From positions 30,876,001-30,940,000 of the forward strand of contig OZ241833.1 in NCBI GenBank assembly GCA_965202585.1: 64,000 bases of DNA, read 5' to 3'. Numbering within the stretch: position 1 is the stretch's first letter; each line of letters opens with the position of its first letter. Source of the stretch: Thalia democratica. Its lineage: Eukaryota. Positions 27,201 through 39,900 of the stretch are shown here, in pieces. The position numbers and the translations under genes are program-made. The notes under the pieces are model-generated. The model was not told the origin of the DNA. It made no database searches and was given only the letters and a program-made list of their open reading frames with translations.

Positions 27201-30200
27201 TTCAGTTCGTTCTTAAAGTTGAAAGTTGCTACTAAATTCATTAGTTTTACGACGCGAAAAATATTTACTTGGTATATGGAACAAACTATGCCTAACTACG
27301 CGTGAAATTTAAAAGTTGTTTTCGTTAGCAATGTAATATTTTGATTTAAAACTATTGCCACCTTTGTGTAAAAAGAAAAACCCAAGTTTTGCGATTTTAA
27401 AACTATCAGTTTTTTGTTGAAATTTGTTTTATGTCGCCGGATATTTGAACGCTACTTGGCATTCATCTATTAACGGCAGATCGATCTTTTCTTTTCTACA
27501 ACTTTTATCGATTTTCATACACGCTTGCTGCAAATTGAAAGGTAAACACCGTCCTAACAGCTTTTTTTTTTGTATGAAATGTATACTCACGCACACCAAT
27601 GCACATTGTTTGAAAAACACTTTCAAGTTTTTGCTATGATGAATGTAAAATTTTAAAAAAGTATGCACTCTTGTACTGCTGTACGTAAATTTATTTTCAA
27701 AAGTTGTTCAACACTATTGGTTTCAATGAATTTTTAAAAGTGTGCACAAGTTTTTAAGAAATTTTCCACTGAAAAAAGATCGTCTCAACTTTTATCGATC
27801 AACGATTGAAAGCTCGTAGTAGTAGACGGTGGCAATTTGCAAAAAGGCTGCTTGAAACTCCTTCCGCTGGTGACTGTGACGTCATAGTATGTGCGTGGTA
27901 GTGAACTTGAAAATATTGCATAATTCACTTAGGCAGAGCGTGGCTTGATGCTTTGATGACTTGATTTTTAGTGTTTGGAAAAATTGATATAAAGTCATTT
28001 TATGTTAGTGATTCTCAACTATTTACAGTAACATACTTGATAGTGACAAACTAAACGTGTTGACAGGAGTATAGTACCATACAAAACAACATAATTAAAA
28101 ACAGTAATACATGCTTAGCAAGCCAGACAAAATTAAAACTAAAAATTCAAGTAGAAGTTTAAAGCTACTATGCAAATTTATTATGTTCATTGTAGCAAGG
28201 AATAAATTTTTTTTTCAGAAATTTAAAAATATATAAATAAACTTTTCTAAGGTTATTTTTTCTTACTGATAGAGCACTACCCTGAAAACAAACCTGCAAT
28301 AAAATTCTGAAAAATATTGATAATAAGTATCAAAATTTGTCTAAAATATTTTTTAAAACATGTTTTCAAAAACAAGCTAAAGTCATATTTTCGATAAAAA
28401 GGTCATGCCCTTGACTTTATTAAATTGCTATTTTTAAATCAATACTTCGAATTTGAGCAACTGTTTGTTGTGTTTTGTTCCTGCTGGCTTATGTGAGTAA
28501 AATAACATTTTGCACAAAAATCAAACTAGCATGCTTTTTTTTTATTTCTTTATTCTTTGTTTCTACACCTAAGTGTTATAAACAAAATATTTAATTTGTA
28601 TATTAGTTTCAGTTTTTGGCTTGTGACTTCGTTTAACCAAGACTGTGGCTTTCTAACTTCTTTTGTTTAGTGTTTGGTAATTAAAGCTGTCTTTTGTTGA
28701 AATTAAAATTGAAACAAAAAGCGCTTCGTAATGATTTTTTTGTCGCGACAAAGTCCAAAAATAAATCAAAAGATTTTCGCGTCAGCGGTTTATTGCGGTT
28801 TCTTAATTAACTATTTTTTGTAATCTGAGTTTTTTTTACGCGATAAAATAATAAAGATTGTGTGTTTGTTTTGTTGTTTACCCCTTTCTTTAGTTTTTAA
28901 GGCAAAAAAACATTTTAGTTGCGTAACATGAATAAATTCAAATCGTTCGAATAAAAGGTTTTTTTGAAGTATTGATTTATTGTTTTTAAAGTTTGCCAAG
29001 CAATTAGTACGTTTAAGGTGTAAAAACAAATGTTTCATTGAAACAAGTGATTGTTCATTCATAAGCCTTTGTTATTTTTCATCAAACAATATTTTTCCAT
29101 GTAGCTTTGTTTGCATACAAGTTCAATAATAGTTTTTATTTGCTACCCTACAATATTTCTACAACAAACTTAACAAGTTAGACTTGGTTATTATGCAAGT
29201 ATAGTTTATACGTTATACTTATTTTTAGTTTTGCTAAAATCTTATTTTAATTTATTTTCATGACTTTTTTTATTGGTTAAGTTCAAAAACTTTCACTGAA
29301 CCTTTTTAGATTTTTTTAATGAGTTCTAAAAGCAAAAAAAAAAAGTTTGAATGCATATTTTAAATGTATACAAACTTACCATTCACATCTTTTAGCATAA
29401 CTAGAATATAAAGCTAGGCTTAATTACTTTTACTTTCTTTGATGTAAATGAGCTGTATATCTTATATCAAACATTTTGATTTTCATGTTAAAAAATTTTA
29501 TTATTCAAAACTTATGAAAAGCCTGATAAAAACTTCGCACACGACTAACTTGTATTAAATTAGTTTAAATGTTTAGTATTTATTTGTAAAAGCTGTTTAG
29601 ATCAGTTGTTTCTACACAGGCGTTTTGTGTTCAAAATTTTTTACAGGCTGAATGTTTAACATAGTTTTAGTTAAAAAAAATACTTTAGGCTTTTAAAAGT
29701 CTCTATCACTACAAAGTATACTGGTACATATTTAGAAAAAACAAAATAACAGTTTAAAATAATATAATAAAGTGTATATAATTAGTTTTTTTTTCAATAA
29801 AAGGTTTTTTTATTTTATAAAATTATGAGCAATGTAAACACAGACTTTTTTAAATTTTTAGTTGAATGACAAAAATTCTAAAAAGGTTTTTTTTAAGTAT
29901 TATTTTATCCATTCAAAATATAGTATAAATCAAAATCTTAAGAACCAAAATATGTTTAAAGGTATCACAAAACTGCTTTAGCTCAAACTTGTCCGTCTAT
30001 TTTTAACTTTAGATCTCAAGTTTTTAAAGCATCTTTTAGAAAGGGATTAAACTTGAGAATAAACAAAGCTACAAGATTTAGAAAGAGGGCTTAAGTCAAG
30101 CAAAAAGGCATCAATCAGCCGAAGCAGCAAACAAATTAAAAATTCAAACCAAAATAGACTTATGCAGCTTTAAACCTTCTAAGATGACTTAAATATTGCA

Positions 30201-30329
30201 GCTGACCTTTAGCGAGAAAAACTGAAGTGTTTTGAACGGTGAATCTTGGAAAGTTTCAAATCAAAAATGTCGAAGTACAAACTGAAGAGAAATATATTTA
30301 CTTTTTGAAACAAATCGAAAGCGACAAGT

Positions 30330-30550
30330 GCAATGTTCTAGCGCGTCTTTGCGTGGCGTGACGCGAAACAATCAAAATTTATTTGATCGACTCCGTTTCA
30401 TTTCAGCCTTATGTAATGCAGCGTTTTTTTTTTTTGTATATTTTTTATTAATCCAACGCGACTTTTGGTACGTGTGGCTCACAAGTCACGAGAGAGCTGC
30501 TTATAAAAGCGCAGGTTTATGCTGAAAAATTTTGAATAAAATTCAGTGGC
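30330..30550 (+). promoter_or_regulatory. Putative otopetrin promoter (CpG-rich patch with TATA-like box)
   Basis: Local CpG cluster (gcgcgtctttgcgtggcgtgacgcg) and TATAAAAG at 30502-30509, about 400 bp upstream of the ATG. Confidence 0.35.
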
Positions 30551-30905
30551 TTTTTGTTCCAAGCAAGTTTTTAGAAAGCTCGAGTCTAATTTGATTTGCG
30601 TTCCTTTTGTCCGGTAAAACGCAAAAAGTTGGTTCTAATTTCGTTGCGACATACGCGATGTGTGTAAATAAAACACGCAACAGGAAAAGATTTGTTCTTT
30701 GAGTTCTCAAAGATAAAAAAAACAAAAAAATATTGCTTGATTTTTTTTCAATTTAAAAACCAAGACCTAATCTAATTTTTTTCGGAACGAAACGCGTTTC
30801 TCTAACGCAATAAAAAAATTACAAGCACGAGCTTAATTTAATAACAAAAAAGACTAAACGTTGTAAAAAAGAAAAAAAATCCAGGTAAATAAATAAAAAC
30901 GAAAA

Positions 30906-33900
30906 ATGACCGAGTACCCGGGAATGTGCAGGGACGAAATGCTGACGTACGCCAGGAACAAGACCAACATCCACTCGGACGCCCACGGCAACCAGGACTA
31001 CAACGTTGAGATGCGGACCAAGGACCACTACGTGTTCACCAACGGCTTCGCCAGGGTCCACGTGCAGTTAGTTGTTGTTTGAATGTTGATAAATTAATAA
31101 ATAATAAATTTATTTTTTCTTTTAGTTTTACAGGGTTTTTTTGATTTTGTTATATGCTAATTACTTTTTTGTAACTGTTTTCAGTTTTTATTCTAGTTGC
31201 TACAAACTCCACAGACTTGCGGTATGTTGTTGATTTTGTTTTTTAAATTATAAAGAACAGAGTTATTAAGAATTATTTTGTTACAAAGTTTTATAATCTG
31301 TCCAAAATTAACTTGTCTGTCTGACAAGACGTTAAAAGGTATCCGTGGTGTGCAACTCGATAACTGAAAGATTCTTCGTGCACCAGGTCCTAAGACCAAA
31401 CATTTCAAGCGTATTTTTGTCGTTTAATAAACTATAACTTTATACAATTATTAATGGATTTGTCAGTGTAACTATTAATGTGGAATATATTATTATTTTT
31501 ATTTCTACAATCCCGTTCAAAATTAGTCAACTATCAAAAACAATATTTGTTTATTGAACGACAAAAAAGATGCTCAAAATTATTGGTCTTAGGACCTAGT
31601 GCACGAAGAACCTTATAGTTAGGTTACAGTATCTCAAGTATTAATGACTTTTTATGTGAACAATACATTGATGGGTTTGCTACAACAAACATTTTGATAA
31701 GACACAGCTGATAAAAGTTTGAGCGTTTTTTTTCTGATACTTTGCTGTGTGTTTGTAACAAGTATTTGTACATGTTACGTATTCACTTACAGATTTACTA
31801 TAGTCCTTTTTTTCTTTTAATTGTTTGTTAAATCTTTTAGTCTAACCTTTTACATAAATTGCTGTGTTTCAATATAAATAAATAAGTTTTATTTTAAATA
31901 TGTACAACTTTAGTTAATATTCACAATGTGTTTAATTTTCACTGAAATATTTGGAAGGTCTTTTAAACTATTTCTTCAATATTATCTGTTTAGCTAAAGC
32001 TAATTTTAAGTTTTATCATTTTTAAAATTGGTATGACAATATTCAAAATTTTTGATGTAAATATTTATTAAATCAAAAGATGTTCTATGTTAAGAAGCTG
32101 TATTTGTTTAAGATTAATCATTGAACAGCTAAAAGTTAATTATATATTTGAATTTTTTTTTTATTAAAACCATTAAATAAGTTTGAAACTTTGTATAAAC
32201 ACTATTAAATTGTGTATCAATACTCGAAAAATTTAAGTAGTAAATGATAAATTTACAATTTTAACATATTCCTTTATTGTTATAATGTTTTTGTTTACCT
32301 GTAGATGTTTTAAAAACTTATTAGCTTTAAAGCAGTTTGTGTCTTTATAGTAAATGCTGTGAGTCAGCAGACTTATTTATTTTAAATATTAATAGTTTTT
32401 ATTTAATTAGGGTGGACAGCATTTGACTTATACACGTTATTCTACTTAACTTAACTAAAACAAAGTTCAAAGTTATCTAAATGAAGTAGTAAAAATAATC
32501 AGTAGTATAGTAATATTTGAATTTAGCTCATATTTTTTAAGCTAAAAGCATTTTAAGTTTTCTTAATCAAACTATGTTAGTAAAGCTTGAAAAGTTTTGT
32601 AGAAGTGAAAATTAAAAACGAGCATAAAGTTATTGTTATAGGAAAATTTATTAATTTTTCAAAAAACATAAAACTTTAATGTCAATTATTTTCCTTATCT
32701 TAAAAGCTATCTAAAATTTTTTTTTTTATTTTAGAGAACGCACCTTTGCCTTTAATTAAAAAAAAAAATTATTTAATTTGGGGTTGGAATTATTTCATGG
32801 GGTCCCTCCAAAAATAAAGGTTTTTTTTTCGTTTTTTTTCATCAAATGGTATTAGAACCAAAAATAAATATTTTTTTTTAATTTTTTTTTTTTTATTTCC
32901 CTTAGTTTGCATGTTATAAAAACTCTTAAATAGTTATTTTAAAAATAATGTTAATATCTTTTACGATTTGGCCCAAAATCAAAATGTAGTATATTACACT
33001 ATCATTTGCCTTGGCCATTTCCTAGATAAAAAATTGATAAAAGGAAAAAAAAAGTTAATAAGAATGTGAATATACAACAAATTTAATTAAACTATTTTAT
33101 TTTAATTTAGTTTGATGTAATTCACATTCTTATTAACTTTTTTTTTCCTTTTATCAATTTTTTATCTAGGAAATGGCCAAGGCAAATGATAGTGTAATAT
33201 ACTACATTTTGATTTTGGGCCAAATCTTAAAAGATATTAACATTATTTATAAAATAACTATTTAAGAGTTTTTATAACATGCAAACTAAGGGAAATCAAA
33301 AAAAAAAAATTAAAAAAAAATATTTATTTTTGGTTCCAATACCATTTGATGAAAAAAAACGAAAAAAAAACCTTTATTTTTGGAGGGACCTCATGAAATA
33401 ATTCCAACCCCAAATTAAATAATTTTTTTTTTTAATTAAAGGCAAAGGTGCGTTCTCTAAAATAAAAAAAAAAAAATTTAGATAGCTTTTAAGATAAGGA
33501 AAATAATTGACATTAAAGTTTTATGTTTTTTGAAAAATTAATAAATTTTCCTATAACAATAACTTTATGCTCGTAAATTAAAAATGAATTTAAGAACAAA
33601 ATCATGTTTGTTTTTCTTTTCTTTGTTGAACAAACAGAAACATTTTTAACAAGGCTTAATTATATTAACCAAAACTTATAAAACTTTACACTAAAAAGTT
33701 TTACTATCGATAATAGTTCTACTATCATCGTTTATCAATAGTTTTATGATAATAGAATATGAGAAAAAACTTAAATTTAATAAAAAAAGGTCATTTAATT
33801 TTTGCCGGAAAAAAAGTAATACTTAGTACAAGCTTGGCTTGAAAGTTTATCTTTAAATTGTTAGCAAGCTAAACTTCAAAAGTAAACTTCCGTTAAGTTG

Positions 33901-36900
33901 TAAAGAGGTCATTGATTTTTTGCTTAAACTCTGTTTATGTTTTATTGATTGCTGCTACATTTTTACTACAAAATCTAGTGAAACATGTGCAAAGAGAAAA
34001 AAATGTTTCAAAAAGCTTTCTTAACTAAAAAATACGTACAGCAATGTTACTTACCTTTTTTAATATGAAACAACATTATAAAACCTTTAAAAAAATATTA
34101 AAGTAATACAACTCATAAGTATTTTTAAAAGTATAAAGCTACTCTATCGTTTTATCTTTGGTTAATTTAAGCTAGTTAGTAGCATAAAAAAAAATTGAAC
34201 TTTTAACAACACTTTAAGTGTTACGGAAATTAAAATATAGTCTGTTTATAATTAGGTGGTTTCAAACTTTAAAGCAACTATTATGTTGTCATTTGAGTTT
34301 AAGTATCGTGTATCTATTAGAATATTAAGCAATTAGTTTTAAAGTCGGACTCTTCCTTTAATTGATTTTCAAAAGTAGTTTTTAAACTAATATGAACCTA
34401 AAACTTTTTTAAAGTCTAAAAATGATTCTATTTGTAATTACTATATCATTTTGATGAATACTTACTATACCAAAGTTTAGTTCGAAAATGCTGTAAATAA
34501 CTCTTTAAAAATAATAAATCTTAAAAACACCAACAAGTTTTTATGTAATGTTATTATTTTTTTAAACTTGTTTTACCTACTATTTATTTTCATTAAGACA
34601 CATGCACAAAATCTATCATTTTAGAAACACTTTACTCCGACTTTTAGTTGAAACATAAACTCTCTTCCACTACTATATTAATACAATTGCATCAATAGAA
34701 CACTTACTACCCTGACAAAAGTAACGATACACAAGTTTAACAATATTACAAAAAACTATTACTTTTTATCACCCTTTTTAAGAGCTGTATTTTTTTCTAA
34801 GATTCTTTAAAACTTAGCTACAGATTTGATGCAACTTTAACAAATTTTGTGTTGCAAATTAGAACGTGTAACTTTTATGTAATTGATCAAATTGTACAAG
34901 CCAAAATAACAGTTTTAAATCAAAAAAAATAATAGTTGGTTTACTAAAACAACTGTCAATTAACTTTTTATTATTTCAGACAAAAGCTTTCAATACTGTT
35001 TAGTTTAAAACAGCTGACTAAACTTACAACTTCAAGTTCCAAAATAGCACAAAACAAAATTAATTCTTACTTAATTTCTTGTCAAGTTGATCACTTAAAG
35101 CGTTTAGCTCGGGCAAATTTAATTACTAGGTAGACAGAAGATTTTAGATTTATCAATTTAAATGTAAAGTTTTCTGTAAACCAATGAGGCGGTTAAAAAG
35201 AGCAGTTTACAAAAAAGTACGTTTTAAGCACTTTAAAATACTTAGATGACTTTAGTGATCAATTAAAAATACTTTTTTTGACCAAGCAAAAAACATACTA
35301 CAGCTTTTTTTTTATCTTTTTTAATAATGTTTAGATAACACCAAAATATTAAATTGTATAATTTAACACTTTTAAATGTCGGGTGTTGAAAAAAAATATA
35401 TACTAGCATATCATAAACAATTTAACGAAGTTTTTTAAATTATCTCAGCTTTCTTCGTTAGATTCTTTTTAAACCTAAAATCCGATCACAACACAGATAT
35501 GTTTATGGTGAGTAAGTTCAAACCAACGACAAGCCTCTTTAGTATTATTTAAACCAATCAGTAACCGGAAAAAAACTAATTGAACCAATAACAGGGTGTG
35601 CGACGCGCCACCTGACGGTGGAAAATCTTGCGGTGACGATGAGGAGCCGGTGGACGCGATCATCAGGCTTTCCAGCTACATGCTGGCCGTGTTGATAGTG
35701 GTCGTCACTTTCGTCGTCAAGTTGTCCACCGTCATGGTCCAGCAGGTTTGTTTGTTTGATTGTTTTGTCGGCGAAAAAGCAAGCTTAGGGGTTTTGTTTG
35801 TTAAACAAGGGAATTAAGTGTTTCTTTAAAAGGTCTAAACGCAAAAAATACTTTTTCAAATCCTGATTTAAACTCAAAATAAGTTCACACTCTATTATTA
35901 AACTAAGATATTTTTTTTTTTTTTAATTTATCTGTTCACATAAAAAGGCTGGGATACAAAACTAATGAATAGACTACAAAAAAATATAATATCTAGTGCA
36001 AAATTTTCAACAATTCGTAACAGAATTATTCTGTATAATTTACTACAAAACACTGATATTCGTTATTCAAACAGTTCGACGTGAACTCCACCAACAAGCT
36101 GCTATTGTTTTTATATGTGACGTCATCGGTATGGACTACGTACTGCCTGATACCTGGGACTTACAAGAAACAACTGCTGACGTTTTCCAAAACCAACAAG
36201 TCAACTAATATATGGCTTAATTGTCAGTGAGAAATTGTTTATGACTTCTCTGATTATTAAAGCTATTAAACAAAATAAAAACAGTTTTAAGTTTTCCATA
36301 ACCTGTCTATTTGAGAACATGGTCTTTTTTTTTTTTTTTGAGATAATTTTTACCAATAAACTTTAGTATTATTTCAAACTCAGTTATTTTTTGATTTATA
36401 TATCTAAGGCTTAATTTAACTATGTCGCGAAGTAAGCCTTGCAAAGATTCTTTAAAAACAACACTTCAGTATTTAATTACAGCTCATTTAAATAACATGA
36501 GTTTAATTCAAATTTAACTTCAAGGTAAACATACATGATATTGGCTATAAAAAGACTAGTTGATAAGACTGTAAATAGCTGAAAAATAATAATAACATTA
36601 CCCAAACAGGCGTGATAACAGTGTTCGGGAGCCATACTGGTAAATTGTATGACTATAAATGTACTAAAAATTCAACTTTTATAAACATTCCGACAGCAGT
36701 ACAACCAATTTAAAGTTAACCTTAGCATAAACAACAAGATAAAAGGACAAAACGCAGCTGTAAACGTCACACTTAAACACAACATTAAATAAACATAACA
36801 TTATTGACCAAACAATTCAATAACAACATCACCCAAACAGGCGTGATCACGGTGTTCGGGATCACCATCTTCGTGCACGACGGCCTGCAGGTCTTCTCGG

Positions 36901-39900
36901 CCATCTTCGTCCGGGACATGGGCGGCTGCTACCCGCAGCAGCTGAAGATCTCCCTGTCCGTGTTCCACACCACTTTTGTATTGAGCCAGATCGCGTACAT
37001 ACTCAAGTACCTGAAGGTGTACATCCAGTGCTACTCGCACGAGTACTGCAGGTTTGCTGTTTTGATTGTTTATTAAGCACTTTTGAACTTTATGTTAATT
37101 TAACAGACTTGTTTTATTTAATCAGTTTTTACTGGAATCTAATTAGTACTGATTGTAAGCACTTGATAATAGTATATATAGCTTTGTCAGTCTTGCTTTA
37201 TGGAGATTCTAGTTTAGTTTTTTATGATCATTGTATTACGCATGTAACACTGTGTAGAATAAAAACTCTCAATTTTTAATTGTCTAACTAATGTTTATTG
37301 TTTTATTTAAATTTCTTAGTAGTTTAGTAGTTTTTCGCTTTCAAGCAAAAAACTCTACTTTTGTGGATTGATTTTCAAGTCGAGTAAAAATTTCCACTCT
37401 CATACTTACTGAAAATTTCATTGACTACAGCTTAAAGCTTTGTTTTATTTCACAGCGTAGTAGTATTTAATTTTTTTTCTATCACTTTTTTTTTTGCTGA
37501 AGGGACTATTTAATGAAGATTAGTTTTCTAAATAAATAGAAACTTTTAACTTTTACTACTAATGTAGGTTTTTTCAATTATGTTTTAATTTTTTTTTTGG
37601 TGACTTCTTTAAATTAAACTTTAAAGAGTTTTTATTCAAATATTTTTGACATTTTTAAACGCATTTTTATTTCTTTTTTTTACTTAATGGTTAAGTAGCT
37701 TTGTTTGTTTTTTAACTACTTACGTTTTTGCTTTTTCTTTTATAGGATACTACAGGTTTCAATTATTTTCAAGCTTTTATAGCCTTTAGAGAATTTTTTC
37801 CTATTTTTTTACATTTTATTTCAATTCAAAAAAATAATTGGTTTTGAAATGTTCGTGTTGATTTAAAGTTTTGTTAAAAGTCATAATTGTAATAAATTAT
37901 ATTTGTTTTTAACAACAAGTAAAACTAACATACATTAGATTGTTTTAAGAATCTTGTAAAATTCTATAAACAGTTACTCTTAAGTAAAAAAAGCTAAATA
38001 TTTGTTAAACTAACTTAATATTCATTCATTTTTATTAAATATTTTTCAAAGCTTTTTTAAATCAAGTAATTTTAGTAATCTTACTATTTAAGTAAGATTT
38101 TTTACTAACTTTTACTTTTTACCTTTAAAATAAGTTTTAATATCTTTTTAATTGTAAAAACATTTATTAAGATAAGCTTTTTAAAGTGGCTATGTAGGAT
38201 TTATCTAATATTAATACTTCAAATAGTTTGTAACTACGTAAGATGTAATTCTTTCTAATGTTTCAAAAAGTTTTTAGTTTATATTTAAAGTATAAAACTT
38301 CATTCACAAAAATTTATTTTTGACATCGTTTAGATTTATTTGTTACAATTTGAATACATAAAATGATAAAAAGAAAGATAGTATTGTTTTGATTTTTATT
38401 GGTTGAAAAAATTGATTTCTTTAGACAAAACCTTACATAAAAATGTTATACAAAAATCAATACAATTTTTGTAATGTTTTCATAAAAAAAAATTAAATAA
38501 TTTAACTCGACACTTCAAGAAAATAAGTTTTGTAAATCAAGCTAATCTAGAAATAATTTATTACTTTTTGCTTTTGATACCTTTTAATACTTATTACACC
38601 ACAAAATTTACCTTTTTAAATTCGATTTTTAAGAAAGACAAAAATAACAAACGTAGAAACTCAAACAGATTTTTTCTACTCTAAAAACTTTAAAAACTTT
38701 TAAAACACATTTTGTAATGTTCGTCCAAATCACTTCACATATTTACTCATTCGCTCATTCAGAGTGGGCCTGATGTTCCTCATCGGAACGAACCTATCCA
38801 ACTGGCTGTGCTTGATAGTGCAAGAGGCCGAGATCGCGCTGAACGAGCACACGAGCAGCAAGAACCACACGACACACGCGACCCAACTTACAGGTGAGAG
38901 CAATGAAACTTTGTAAAAATAGATGTGCTTATTTTCTCAGGTGTGTGAACCTGCAAAAGTGTTTTTTGAAGATTACTTTCTCAATTTAGTATGTTTTTAT
39001 AAGCTTTAAATTTAACGATTACTAATATATAAAAGGCTTACTTTAAAAATAGATGTCATTTGGCTACAAATTTGCAGTCAAGTGTACACTTGTTTTGAAA
39101 ACAGACGCGTTATAAAAGAAGCTTGCTAAAATTTTACAGTTTTTGCAACTAATTTGTCTAAAATGCATACCGGTCTAAGTATAAGAAAATGTAGCATTAC
39201 GTCAACGAAGTTTACGTAAACTCAAGTTGTGGCATTTATACATTCTTTTTTTTTTTTTTGCTTACATAAATACCAGCGGCTTAAGCTAATCTTCTAACGC
39301 ATGCTCTACTGTTGTCTAACCTGGTTATTTTTATATTACACAACTGTTTTTGACATGCATGCTTTTTTATACAAGTACAAAATCTAATTAACCTTTTTAA
39401 GTGGCAGTCGTGCTAGTTTTAATTTCCAAATTAATAGTTAGTTTTGACAGTTAAACTAATTTGGTAAAACTAAACTGATAACTGAGAGCATATAAATGTC
39501 TTGAAATATGTTATAAAGTTTTGTTTGTAGATAAATGTTAGTTTTTTAAGTTACAGTTTTGCTCAAAAAATTTTACTAGTAAGTTACTTTATTTAAGTAA
39601 GAACTTAAACTTTTAATTTTATTTAAGCACCAAGGTTGAAATACTTTAGTACTTAGTTTTTACAAAAGGAATTTTGTCATTTTTTATTTTGGCATAAACC
39701 TTAAAAAAACTTTTTCTAAATTACAACCACAAACTTGGGTTTTTAAACTTTATAGTTTACTTAAACCCAAAAATTTAAATTTAATTAATTTCTTGTTTTT
39801 AACTGGTTGAATCAATTTAAGGTTAGAATGCATAGTAGTGACATACAAAAGCTAAACATTAATTAAATTAGTTTTTTCTAACTTAAATGCTAAACAATTT

